A stretch of DNA of 64,000 bases from Pseudomonadales bacterium (GTDB lineage Bacteria > Patescibacteriota > Microgenomatia > UBA1400 > PJMF01): assembly GCA_020632265.1 (NCBI GenBank), contig JACKFW010000001.1:455-64454 (forward strand), read 5' to 3'. Under the pieces are notes generated by a model. The model did no database searches and had not been told where the DNA came from. It was given only the letters and a program-made list of their open reading frames with translations. Both the position numbers and the translations under genes were made by a program. Position 1 is the stretch's first letter. Every line of letters begins with the position of its first letter. Shown one piece after another: positions 18,650-27,815 of the stretch.

Positions 18650-18789
18650 AGTTCCTTTTTATAATGTTATAAATTCAATCTATATTTTTATTTTGTACAG
18701 TACAACATTATCTCACTTAGTATCTTATTTTTACAAGTCTTTGTTTTAACACCACCCATTTTGAGGTGAGAGCAGTGACAATCTAGTCA

Positions 18790-18843
18790 TTATTTACTTT
18801 CTTTCATCAATTATACAACAGTACTTAATACCTATTATGTTAT
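18790..18843 (-). promoter_or_regulatory. Duplicated promoter / 5'-leader module (paralog of 14838-14889), upstream of the 705-aa gene
   Basis: ttatttactttc.ttcatcaattatacaa...aatacctattatgttat occurs at both sites. On the minus strand it reads ...ttgtataattgatgaa.gaaagtaaataatg with a TATAAT-like -10 box. Confidence 0.4.
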
Positions 18844-19158
18844 TGTTATAGGCACATACTGTTCGAAAAACTACTTTGTATAAATTGTATAGGTGATAGA
18901 TAATTTAAAGCAATGTGAGGTTGCCTGTTGTTGTACCAATTAAGATACTCAGTTTGTTTAACATGAATAGCAACCAAATCAAGTTTTTAAGAAAAAACTT
19001 GAGCATCTGGTCAAAGTTTTTTTAATTGCTAGTCTATAATTTATTTTAGGCATAATTAGTCTCGATAAACTACATAAATCAAAATCATAATTATACTATC
19101 TAGATAAATACAAATTTTAACCCCTCACGTTTCACGCAACTTCTGCTATACTTTCCAC

Positions 19159-19998
19159 ATGAAAGCACAAAGTGTTCAACTGATTTCAGTTGACTTATTA
19201 CAAACAAATCCTTTTCAACCTCGAGAAAAAATTCATAAAGAAGATCTTGAAGATTTAGTTAAATCCATAAAAGTTCATGGTGTTTTGGAGCCACTAATTG
19301 TAGCTCATACTCCAGCTGGTTATCAAATAATTGCGGGTGAAAGAAGATGGCGAGCATCTCAACTTGCAAAGCTAAATGAAGTCCCAGTTATCATCAAAGA
19401 AACAACTCCAAAGGGTATGTTGGAGATGGCCATAATCGAAAATTTACAAAGAGTAAATTTAACAGCAATTGAAAGAGCTCAGTCATTCCAAAGATTGCAA
19501 AGAAATTTTGATTTAAGTGTTGGTGAAATCGCCGAAAGGATTGGAAAATCCTCGTCATTTATTAGTAATTCCCTTAAATTATTAAACCTTCCAGACGCCA
19601 TTAAAGATGGAATGCTGGGAAAACAAATTACTGAGGGCCATGCAAGAGCTATTTCGGGTATACAAGACTTAAATGCCATGATCCAGGTTTATAAACAAAT
19701 ACTCAAGGAAAATGCCTCAGTTAGAAGAGCTGAAGAACTAGCAAGATTAGCAAAAAGTAAGATTGGTCAAACTAGGATTTTTAAACCCCACTCAGTCATC
19801 TATCAAATAGATGATAAAAAAATTCAAATTTTTGAGAATAAAATCAAAAGATACTTGGGTACAAAAACCAAACTTAAACTAAAAAGAACTGCAAAGCAAA
19901 CACAAATTAGTTTCATTATCAGGGGGGATCTTGAGGAAACTCAAAAAAGCTTAGAAAAAGTGATGAATATGGTTGATGAGGCTCTAAAAAAATCTTAG
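19159..19998 (+). CDS. parB: ParB/Spo0J family partition protein (ParB N-terminal nuclease-like domain plus HTH)
   Basis: 279 aa. It carries the GERRWRA motif and an HTH region (SVGEIAERIGKSSSFISNSLKLLNL). No parA is adjacent. Confidence 0.8.
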   Translation: MKAQSVQLISVDLLQTNPFQPREKIHKEDLEDLVKSIKVHGVLEPLIVAHTPAGYQIIAGERRWRASQLAKLNEVPVIIKETTPKGMLEMAIIENLQRVNLTAIERAQSFQRLQRNFDLSVGEIAERIGKSSSFISNSLKLLNLPDAIKDGMLGKQITEGHARAISGIQDLNAMIQVYKQILKENASVRRAEELARLAKSKIGQTRIFKPHSVIYQIDDKKIQIFENKIKRYLGTKTKLKLKRTAKQTQISFIIRGDLEETQKSLEKVMNMVDEALKKS

Positions 19999-20570
19999 TA
20001 ACTTACATTTTTAATTGGTCCAATTTTATCCATTGGCCAGTATCTAAAAAATGCCTTCCCAACAATTTCTGAACTACTAACAGGACCCCAAACACGAGAA
20101 TCACTTGAATGAGATCGGTTATCGCCTAAAGCAAAATATTCATTAGGACCAATTGTCACAGTTCGTCCTACGATGAATTTTCCTTCAATAGTTTTATAAT
20201 CCTCAGGAAGATAAGTTTCTTCCAATTTTTCATCATTTAAATAGACATTACCATCATGAACGGCTACCCTATCTCCCGGAACTCCAATCACTCGCTTGAT
20301 AAAGTCACAACCTGTTCCAGTAGGACAACCTGCCTCAGGTGGTGCATGAAAAACAATTACATCACCTCTTTGAGGTTCCCCAGTTCTATAACTTACTTTA
20401 TCTGTTAATACATAATCTCCTGAATCAAAGTTCGGGAACATTGACAACCCATTTACTTGATGAGGTTGCATAAAAAATAAATATACGATTAGGAAAAATG
20501 ACAAGCCAATAACTGTGGTTTCAAGAAGATCCAAAAAAAAACTACTGATAGATTTGATAACTCTATTCAT
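19995..20570 (-). CDS. lepB: Signal peptidase I (S26 family)
   Basis: 191 aa with an N-terminal TM and S26 motifs (GLSMFPNF, GDNRSHSSDSRVWGPV). Confidence 0.85.
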   Translation of the reverse strand: MNRVIKSISSFFLDLLETTVIGLSFFLIVYLFFMQPHQVNGLSMFPNFDSGDYVLTDKVSYRTGEPQRGDVIVFHAPPEAGCPTGTGCDFIKRVIGVPGDRVAVHDGNVYLNDEKLEETYLPEDYKTIEGKFIVGRTVTIGPNEYFALGDNRSHSSDSRVWGPVSSSEIVGKAFFRYWPMDKIGPIKNVSY

Positions 20571-20617
20571 ATAAAGGGATTATGCATTTTCAAGACATTA
20601 GTTTCAAGGACTAAATA

Positions 20618-21868
20618 TTGCCATCAAATTGTAGTAAGATAGAGACTATGGGTTATACAAAAAATACAATATCTGGCTTCAGCTGGCAAACACTTCTAAA
20701 AATTGCTGTGACACTCATAACTCTTGGTAAAATAATGGTAATTGCTAGAATCCTGAATCCTCAAGATTTTGGTTTATTTGCTTTGATTGCTATTGCGTTA
20801 GGTCTTGCGGAAGCCACAACTCAAACAGGAATTAATCTTACAATCCTTCAATCTAAAAAAACTATCGGATATTTTATTAATACCGCTTGGGTAATTGCAA
20901 TCACTAGAGGATTAATTATTGGCATAATCATGGTCGTTATGGGAGTTGGCATGACTCGCTACTATAATGAACCCAGACTAAGCATCTTAATTTCAATCGC
21001 AGCTTTCATTCCAATTATTAAAGGATTTATAAATCCAAGTGTGATATTATTTCAAAAAAACCTAGAGTTTTTGAAAGACAGTGTTTTCAAACTCTCACTC
21101 GTAATTATTGAAGCTTTTTTCGCTATCATACTATCAATTTTTTTTAGAGATGTAATTGCCTTAATATTAGCAATGATTACATCAGCATTCTTTGAGGTTC
21201 TTATTTCATTTTGGATATTCAAAGATAAACCAAAGTTTCAATACATATCAAGTAGATCAAAAGAAATTTTTTCCAACGCAAAAGGTTTGACTGTTTCCGC
21301 TGCTCTGTCATACCTAAATGAAAATATAGATGATTTTTTACTTGGAAAAACTATTGGAACTCATAATCTTGGACTTTATCACAATGCATATAGTTTAGGT
21401 CACAAAGCAAATTATGATTTTGCAAAATCAATCAATCATAGTACATTGCCAATTTTCTCAAAAATAACAGAAGATATAAAAAGATTAAAAAGTGCATTTT
21501 TAAAATCCATGACAGCGACTATTTTAATTGTTTTTTCAGTTTCACTTCCATTACTCATAGCACCAAATTTAATTGTAAATTTTGTTTTAGGACAAAAATG
21601 GCTCTCAATTGTCCCAAGTCTCTATTTGTTTGTTTTTGCTGGGATACTTCAAAGTATTACAATTATTTTTTACACACTTTTTTATGCTAAAAAAAGATAT
21701 ACTGCATTAAATTTTCACCTCTTTTTAACAGTCTTAATTCTGATCATTTTAATTAAATATCTTAGTCCCATATCTGGAATTACTGGTGCTGGCCAAGCCC
21801 TGGTAATTAGTAGATTAATTACTTTGCCTATAATATTTTATGAAACATTCAAAATATTTAATAAATAA
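20618..21868 (+). CDS. Wzx-like oligosaccharide/polysaccharide flippase (MOP superfamily)
   Basis: A 416-aa polytopic membrane protein (~12 TM), first gene of a glycan locus. Confidence 0.65.
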   Translation: MPSNCSKIETMGYTKNTISGFSWQTLLKIAVTLITLGKIMVIARILNPQDFGLFALIAIALGLAEATTQTGINLTILQSKKTIGYFINTAWVIAITRGLIIGIIMVVMGVGMTRYYNEPRLSILISIAAFIPIIKGFINPSVILFQKNLEFLKDSVFKLSLVIIEAFFAIILSIFFRDVIALILAMITSAFFEVLISFWIFKDKPKFQYISSRSKEIFSNAKGLTVSAALSYLNENIDDFLLGKTIGTHNLGLYHNAYSLGHKANYDFAKSINHSTLPIFSKITEDIKRLKSAFLKSMTATILIVFSVSLPLLIAPNLIVNFVLGQKWLSIVPSLYLFVFAGILQSITIIFYTLFYAKKRYTALNFHLFLTVLILIILIKYLSPISGITGAGQALVISRLITLPIIFYETFKIFNK

Positions 21869-21885
21869 TAAATGAATCAAATGAT

Positions 21886-22674
21886 ATGATGAAAGGTCAA
21901 ATTCCAATTACGATAATTATTCTTACAAATAGGAATGACTCTAGGTTTATAAATTCGCTGAAATCCTCTCAAATTGCTAAAGAAGTTCTCATCATTGATA
22001 ATAATAGCAAAAATAATTGGCAAAAACTAAATAAAAAATTTCGCTTTAAATTATTGACTTACTCAGATCAGATAGAAAATTTTGCTAAAGCTAGGAACCT
22101 TGCTCTAAAAAAAGTTGAAACAAATTGGGTAATATTTTTGGATAGCGACGAAACTCTTGGAAATTCAGAGGATCAGTTGAAAGCAAATATTAAGAAAATT
22201 GAAAATATTATTAAAAAAGATTTATTTGATGGTGTTAGTATAATTAGAAAGGATATTTTCTTAAATAAAATGTTAAATTTTGGAGAAGCGGGCAACACAA
22301 AAATAATTAGAATGTTTAAAAAAAATAATGGAAAGTTTGTAAAAAATGTTCATGAGGTGGCCCAGATTGCTGGTAAGGTGGGAGTATCGGATATTTTAAT
22401 TTCACACTTTTCACACACAAACATATCTAGTTTTCAAAAAGATATTCAAATTTATGCATTCATGGCTTCTATAAACGAACAAGCCAATCCTAGACTAAAT
22501 ATATTAAAAATGATTTTTTATCCCATCATTAAATTTTTCCTAAATTATTTTATTAAACTTGGATTTTTAGATGGGTATAGAGGTTTAACATATGCAATCA
22601 TGATGAGTCTACACTCATTTTTTGTAAGAATTTTTTACTTTGAAAAGAAAAATATAAACTCTCATGCGCCATAA
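21886..22674 (+). CDS. Family 2 glycosyltransferase (GT-A fold)
   Basis: 262 aa with a GT2 N-terminal signature (ITIIILTNRNDSRF...IIDNNS...FLDSDE, DxD-like). Confidence 0.7.
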   Translation: MMKGQIPITIIILTNRNDSRFINSLKSSQIAKEVLIIDNNSKNNWQKLNKKFRFKLLTYSDQIENFAKARNLALKKVETNWVIFLDSDETLGNSEDQLKANIKKIENIIKKDLFDGVSIIRKDIFLNKMLNFGEAGNTKIIRMFKKNNGKFVKNVHEVAQIAGKVGVSDILISHFSHTNISSFQKDIQIYAFMASINEQANPRLNILKMIFYPIIKFFLNYFIKLGFLDGYRGLTYAIMMSLHSFFVRIFYFEKKNINSHAP

Positions 22675-23914
22675 ACTAATCAATTTACTACTTTGGATAT
22701 TTATTGGATTAATTTCACTGGGACAATTACAAAGAATTGAATTGTCAGGAATTTTTAATGGTATAAATTTTTATCTTCATGACGTATTTATTCTAGTGTG
22801 GTTGATTGCGTTTTTTTTCAACCATTTCTCAAAAATTTTAGGAGCAATAAAAAATGCCCTCAAATCTTACTCAAATATTATAAACACAAAATATTTTTTT
22901 GAAAAAATGTTTCTATCGACATTAATTGTTGGAATTTTAATTAATATTGTTAAATTTCAAGACTATGTTTCATTATTATATTTACTAAGACTACTAAATT
23001 ACATTGGCTTTGCAATATCATTAAAATATTTGATAAAGATAAAATCAATTACAACAACTAACCTCAGATTTAAATTTTTTAGCTTTGGAATAATGATAAT
23101 GTCACTTGGACTATTACAAATTATTTTCATTAACGATACTAGATTTCTTTCAATTCTTGGATGGGATGATCATTTTCACAGGTTAATTAGTACTATTTTT
23201 GATCCTGGTTTTACCGGAATAATCCTAGTCATTTCACATTTATATTTTTTAACTCTTGATACTTTAGTAAAAAATAAATCCATAAAATTTTTAATATCCT
23301 TCAGTTTTCTACTGGCAATTTCATTAACTTTTTCCAGAGCAACATATCTTGCTCTTATATTAGGATTAATGGGAATACCTATACTTAATAAACTTATTTC
23401 ACATGAAAAAATTAATATTGTCTCTAAAGAAATTATAATGTATATATTTATTTTTATCTTTATGCTAATTTTTATACCAAAGCCAGGTGGAGAAGGAGTA
23501 AATTTAATCAGAACTTCAACGGTTGAGGCTCGAACTTCTATAGCAATTTCTCAAATTTCAAATCTTAGTTTTCAAACACTTTTGGTCGGTAATGGACTAT
23601 TTTCAAAACAAAACAGTCTGGTTTTAAAATCAGTACAAAATAATAATTCAATAATTCCAAGCCATTCCAGAATCCCTGACAATTTATTTATCAATATATT
23701 ACTTTCAACAGGAATAATTGGAGTATTTTGCGCGATTTATTTAATAATTAAATATTTAACATATTTAATAAAAGTTGATTTAATGCTTGCAATAGCCTTT
23801 ATTGTTACACTATTCCATAGCCAATTTAGCAATTCGCTTCTACAACCTTTTGTTTTGCTTCTACTATTGGGTGGAATTGCCACAATAAAAAAGACGATTA
23901 AGATTAAATACTGA
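22664..23914 (+). CDS. O-antigen ligase / Wzy-like polymerase family membrane protein
   Basis: A 416-aa polytopic membrane protein with a large periplasmic loop between late TMs. It follows the flippase and GT2 genes. Confidence 0.5.
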   Translation: MRHKLINLLLWIFIGLISLGQLQRIELSGIFNGINFYLHDVFILVWLIAFFFNHFSKILGAIKNALKSYSNIINTKYFFEKMFLSTLIVGILINIVKFQDYVSLLYLLRLLNYIGFAISLKYLIKIKSITTTNLRFKFFSFGIMIMSLGLLQIIFINDTRFLSILGWDDHFHRLISTIFDPGFTGIILVISHLYFLTLDTLVKNKSIKFLISFSFLLAISLTFSRATYLALILGLMGIPILNKLISHEKINIVSKEIIMYIFIFIFMLIFIPKPGGEGVNLIRTSTVEARTSIAISQISNLSFQTLLVGNGLFSKQNSLVLKSVQNNNSIIPSHSRIPDNLFINILLSTGIIGVFCAIYLIIKYLTYLIKVDLMLAIAFIVTLFHSQFSNSLLQPFVLLLLLGGIATIKKTIKIKY

Positions 23915-23951
23915 TAATGATTAAAAAGTTGGGCTTCTATAAATGTGTAGA

Positions 23952-24764
23952 TTACAATTTAAAATTATAAATTAGATCAATTTTAACAGAATTTTTTGCT
24001 TTATCTTCGGATTTAACCTCAATTTTATTTTCACCCTCTTCTAATCTTAAAGTATGTTCAAAATCACCATCCGAGTTAGGAAATACCACACGTTTATTAA
24101 CATAAATTTTGGTATCAGGATCGGTTTTTCCTTTTAAAGTAATCGATTGATTTGCGCGAGATTCAAAAGTAGTGCCATTTTCAGGCTCGGAAATTTCAAG
24201 TAATGGAGCCTTTGTATCCAAAAGTGTTTCATATTCTCTTGTCAAAATGGATTCATTTTCTGCCTTATCAATGCTATATGCAACAATTGTGTTCTTACCT
24301 TCATCTAATTGAATTCCTAATTCGAAAGATCCATCTTCATTAATTTCAATTGAGTCTTCTTTTTGACCGTTTAATATTAAGACCAATTCACTCTTCGGCT
24401 CACCAAATCCCGAAATTTTAATACTAGCACTACTTGTTGCAGTTGGGGGAGCTGAAATAATTGGCACTTGAGGAGCAATTTCATCTTTTTGTTGAAAAGG
24501 AGTAGAGGAATCAAAAAAGTTACTAGTTAACTTAAAAAATCCAGGAATTATCACAAAAACAAAAGCAATTAAAATTAAAATAGAGAAACCAATGAGTACG
24601 ACAGATTGATTGACTACTTTCTTTTTTTCTCGATTAACTCGCCTGGAAAAGCCTCCCAAAGAAGAAGCTGAATAACTTCGACTATTTGTATATATTGATT
24701 TTGAATTATTTCTTCGTCTGCTTTTTGCCATCATCATGTCAAGTATACATCTAATTCCAAACAC
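23952..24764 (-). CDS. Hypothetical membrane-anchored extracytoplasmic protein (beta-rich, Ig-like)
   Basis: 270 aa with a basic N-terminus plus one TM, then a Thr/Ser/Pro-rich linker and beta-rich repeats. It starts at GTG. Confidence 0.45.
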   Translation of the reverse strand: MFGIRCILDMMMAKSRRRNNSKSIYTNSRSYSASSLGGFSRRVNREKKKVVNQSVVLIGFSILILIAFVFVIIPGFFKLTSNFFDSSTPFQQKDEIAPQVPIISAPPTATSSASIKISGFGEPKSELVLILNGQKEDSIEINEDGSFELGIQLDEGKNTIVAYSIDKAENESILTREYETLLDTKAPLLEISEPENGTTFESRANQSITLKGKTDPDTKIYVNKRVVFPNSDGDFEHTLRLEEGENKIEVKSEDKAKNSVKIDLIYNFKL

Positions 24765-24787
24765 AAATCAACTTTTAAACTTTATTG

Positions 24788-24860
24788 AGCCGAAGGTGGG
24801 AGTCGAACCCACGACCTATGGTTTACGATACCAGTGCTCTACCAACTGAGCTACTTCGGC
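24788..24860 (-). tRNA. tRNA-Thr (anticodon CGU)
   Basis: The reverse complement gives GCCGAAG-TA-GCTC-AGTTGGTA-GAGC-A-CTGGT-ATCGTAA-ACCAT-AGGTC-GTGGG-TTCGACT-CCCAC-CTTCGGC-T, a complete cloverleaf. Confidence 0.85.
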
Positions 24861-24947
24861 ACAAAATGATTTTAATATTACTACAAAATATTTAATTCTT
24901 TCACGAATTTAATAATTATATGCTTGATTCATTATAAACTTGAATGA

Positions 24948-25355
24948 TTATAAACGAGGAAGTAAAAGTTTTGTGTTTGGGAAAATTAAATCAGGATTTT
25001 TACCAATAATTTGATTATTTAATTGATATATTTCCATCCATCTATACGAATCCAAAAGTTCTTGATCTGCAATTTTCCATAATGAATCATTAACTTTCAC
25101 AATATAATAATTAGGCACTGAATTTTGACCAAAGATTTCAAAATTCTTAATTTCATCAACTTGAGTAGAAACTGCTTGATCAGAAATTCGACCTTGAGAA
25201 ATACGTTTATTCATAGAAATAATTAAAATGTTTGTAGCTAATAAGATTACTGATAAAAACCCTACAATAAAAACTAATAAATGAGTTTTTTCTCTGAAAC
25301 CCTTAATAAGTTGTTTAAGATCTATTTCATCCATAAAACATTCTTGGGCGGACAA
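24948..25355 (-). CDS. LysM domain-containing membrane protein
   Basis: 135 aa with an N-terminal TM and a C-terminal LysM domain (YYIVKVNDSLWKIADQ...YQLNNQIIGKNPDLIFPNTKLLLP). Confidence 0.7.
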   Translation of the reverse strand: MSAQECFMDEIDLKQLIKGFREKTHLLVFIVGFLSVILLATNILIISMNKRISQGRISDQAVSTQVDEIKNFEIFGQNSVPNYYIVKVNDSLWKIADQELLDSYRWMEIYQLNNQIIGKNPDLIFPNTKLLLPRL

Positions 25356-25381
25356 TCAAAATTATTTCTTAATATAACAGA

Positions 25382-25504
25382 ATGGCTAAAAATAATCGCG
25401 GTTAAAAAACAAAAAGATAAACGCAATTAGATGCTAATATAGCTAAAAGAGATGTAAAAGTTATTCGTCATGAAGAAGGAAAAACAATAATTAAAGATAA
25501 CTAA
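25382..25504 (+). pseudogene. Degraded paralog of the small basic protein gene (14668-14832), with in-frame stop codons
   Basis: atggctaaaaataatcgcggtTAAaaaacaaaaagataaacgc...gttattcgtcatgaagaaggaaaaacaataattaaagataactaa aligns with the intact copy (…aataatcgcggtAAAaaaacaaaaagaaaaacgc…attattcgtcatgaaagaggaaaaacagtaattaaaaatcactaa). At least two stops are visible. Confidence 0.4.
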
Positions 25505-25705
25505 AAATATTTTTTAGATTAAAATCACTTAAAACATCACAAAAAAATCCTAAAGCAAGACAATATTAAAAAATTTCAAAGCTCCCATTTTGAGATTAAA
25601 TGAAAACATTACTATGCACGAAAAGAGATCGATTGGTAGATAGCTTTGACAATTAAAGGAAAATTTATAGACCCAATTTTTTTAACCATAATATCAAGGT
25701 TTGGA

Positions 25706-25915
25706 TCAAGATTTTGTTCTGAGTGTGATTCCATATTTTTTTTCTGCATCAAGCAATAGACTTGGATTTGGAACAAATGAACCACCCCTATTATCTTCTC
25801 CCGGAACCCATTCATAAGCTCCATTTGTTGGAATCACCGCAAATTCTATTTCTCCTGGAAGAGGGACAAACCTTAGTAAATTTTCAATGTTTCTTTGATT
25901 TGACATTTTTAACAA
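25706..25915 (-). CDS. Hypothetical small protein downstream of rpmA
   Basis: A 69-aa ORF beginning 18 nt after the rpmA stop. An overlapping alternative-frame ORF exists at 25612-25824. Coding status is uncertain. Confidence 0.3.
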   Translation of the reverse strand: MLKMSNQRNIENLLRFVPLPGEIEFAVIPTNGAYEWVPGEDNRGGSFVPNPSLLLDAEKKYGITLRTKS

Positions 25916-25933
25916 TCCTTTTTAGATAAGTAA

Positions 25934-26191
25934 TTAAGCGCCAATAACGTTAGCAACAGTGCGTCCAAATTTTTTAGAAAAATTAACAACGCCATCTACC
26001 ATTGCAAAAATTGTGTGATCTTTGCCCATACCTACGCCTTTTCCTGCTTTGTATTTAGCACCTCTTTGTCTAAGAATGATGTTTCCAACTATGACTTTTT
26101 CACCGCCATATTTTTTAAGACCTAATCTTTTACCATGGCGTTTGCCTTGTGCTTGTTGTGCGACTTTTCCACCTGCTTTAACGTGTGACAT
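25934..26191 (-). CDS. rpmA: 50S ribosomal protein L27
   Basis: 85 aa. [31 protein letters not shown] is a typical L27 sequence. Confidence 0.9.
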   Translation of the reverse strand: MSHVKAGGKVAQQAQGKRHGKRLGLKKYGGEKVIVGNIILRQRGAKYKAGKGVGMGKDHTIFAMVDGVVNFSKKFGRTVANVIGA

Positions 26192-26203
26192 TTTAAAACT
26201 CCC

Positions 26204-27391
26204 TTATTTATTGAATCTAAATCTATAAATCTGTCTTTGTACCACTGCATTTGGGCGATGATATAAAACAGGCTTAGATAAAGTAGTGTACCCGAGTGCA
26301 GTTAATTTGTCAATCAACTTATCGAGATTATATTCAATTATTTTTTCGTTTTTATTTTTCACAGACACAGTTGGAAAAACGATTACAATTGTTGCACCAT
26401 CTGCGAGCAATTTCGTCCAATGTTTAAATGCTCCTAAATACATTTTTAGCAGACCTTTAAAAATATATGGAAGTTTACTTGAATTTGGTTTAGGCTTTCC
26501 CAAAAATGGTTCAGTAACTAGATATTGAATTGGATATTTTTGTTGAGGAATTTTTGCAGCATCGAACATTATTACTTGGCTTTCTGCTTCGATTTTAAAT
26601 TCTGACGAAAGCCATTCTAAGTTTCTTTTGGTTCCAGCTACCGAGAGAGGATCAATGTCAGAACCAATCACATCCAATTTTTCTAATAAGGCTTCAATTA
26701 AGACAGTGCCTGTTCCGGTAAATGGATCTAACAGGAGATTTTTTCTTCCTTTAGCAGGAGGATTATCTCCCAAAGCTAGATTGAGCATTATTTTTGCAAT
26801 TTTGGGAGGTAACATACCTTTTTTTGGATCAAAGTAAGGTTTACCTCTATCTTTGAGTGTCCAGAGATCAATATTTTGAGTTGCTAATGTTTCGCCCATA
26901 AAAACACCTTCGGGAGTTTGAATAATATAAATTTCAACAACTCTTTTTTTATGAATCAATATTGCCGCTGATAGTCCATGTCTTGAGCCTTCAACAAATC
27001 TAGCAGATTTACCACCTTGCTCAATCTTTGATTTAATTTCATACGCTTCAATTTTTGGAAGATGATCTCTTCCATATTCGGAAAATCCAAAGTGAATTTT
27101 TTTACCTTCTTTTTCGAGAAGATAATTTGCAACAGTCTCGATAACATTTTTTTCCGATTTATCTTTAAATTTCAAAATTTCTTTGACAATTTTCACTGAA
27201 CCGGCCAAAGTATTTATAACATCAATTGCTGATTTGTCATTTTTTAGTTCCAATGAGGCTAGATGAGTAGCAACTCTTTGGACTTTACTATCACCTAAGA
27301 CAGCATCGATTTCTTGGAGAGATAATTCAGGAGTGTTTCCTAGTTGGATATAGTATTTATGCATATTTGATTTTTGAGTACTTATCAACAA
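26204..27391 (-). CDS. Class I SAM-dependent RNA methyltransferase with an N-terminal THUMP-like domain (Trm14/RlmL-like)
   Basis: 395 aa with a DPFTGTGT SAM-binding motif I and a downstream PF-type motif (TEPFLGKP, NPPY-like). It is inserted between rplU and rpmA. Confidence 0.6.
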   Translation of the reverse strand: MLISTQKSNMHKYYIQLGNTPELSLQEIDAVLGDSKVQRVATHLASLELKNDKSAIDVINTLAGSVKIVKEILKFKDKSEKNVIETVANYLLEKEGKKIHFGFSEYGRDHLPKIEAYEIKSKIEQGGKSARFVEGSRHGLSAAILIHKKRVVEIYIIQTPEGVFMGETLATQNIDLWTLKDRGKPYFDPKKGMLPPKIAKIMLNLALGDNPPAKGRKNLLLDPFTGTGTVLIEALLEKLDVIGSDIDPLSVAGTKRNLEWLSSEFKIEAESQVIMFDAAKIPQQKYPIQYLVTEPFLGKPKPNSSKLPYIFKGLLKMYLGAFKHWTKLLADGATIVIVFPTVSVKNKNEKIIEYNLDKLIDKLTALGYTTLSKPVLYHRPNAVVQRQIYRFRFNK

Positions 27392-27409
27392 AACTAGGAA
27401 GGATAAAAC

Positions 27410-27727
27410 TTATGCTTTAATTTTAACAACCTCAAGTGTGCTTTGATGTTGTCTGTGACCAATTACTTTTCTATATTTTGATTTTGATTTATATTTAAGG
27501 ACTCTGATTTTTTTACCTTTGCCGTTATCAACAACTTTTAATATTACTTCGGCATTTTTGATAGTAGGAGTGCCAACTGTGCTTGAATTTTCGTCTGCAA
27601 CTAATAATACATCGGTAACCTTAACAGTATCACCAATTTCTTTATCTACAATTTTATCGGTTACAATTGTTTTTCCTTCTTCAACCTTAAATTGTTTGCC
27701 GACTATTTGAATTATTGCGTAAGACAT
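27410..27727 (-). CDS. rplU: 50S ribosomal protein L21
   Basis: 105 aa. MSYAIIQIVGKQFKVEEGKTI is a typical L21 sequence. Confidence 0.9.
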   Translation of the reverse strand: MSYAIIQIVGKQFKVEEGKTIVTDKIVDKEIGDTVKVTDVLLVADENSSTVGTPTIKNAEVILKVVDNGKGKKIRVLKYKSKSKYRKVIGHRQHQSTLEVVKIKA

Positions 27728-27815
27728 ATTTACCTCTTAAATTTCTAACATTTGATAATTTAATTGAACAGTGATTATATCACGAAACGCGAGTTTTGGC
27801 TCAAACATAATTATT

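Noticed and set aside
12919-19158. Prophage or integrase-bearing ICE
   Set aside because: No integrase, recombinase, terminase, capsid or conjugation gene is recognisable. Only att-like repeats and hypothetical cargo are present. It is described as a decayed or novel repeat-scaffolded island, not a prophage.
25612-25824. 70-aa ORF overlapping ORF 25706-25915 in another frame
   Set aside because: At most one of the two can be real, and neither has a recognisable motif. The frame starting right after rpmA was kept at low confidence and this one was rejected.
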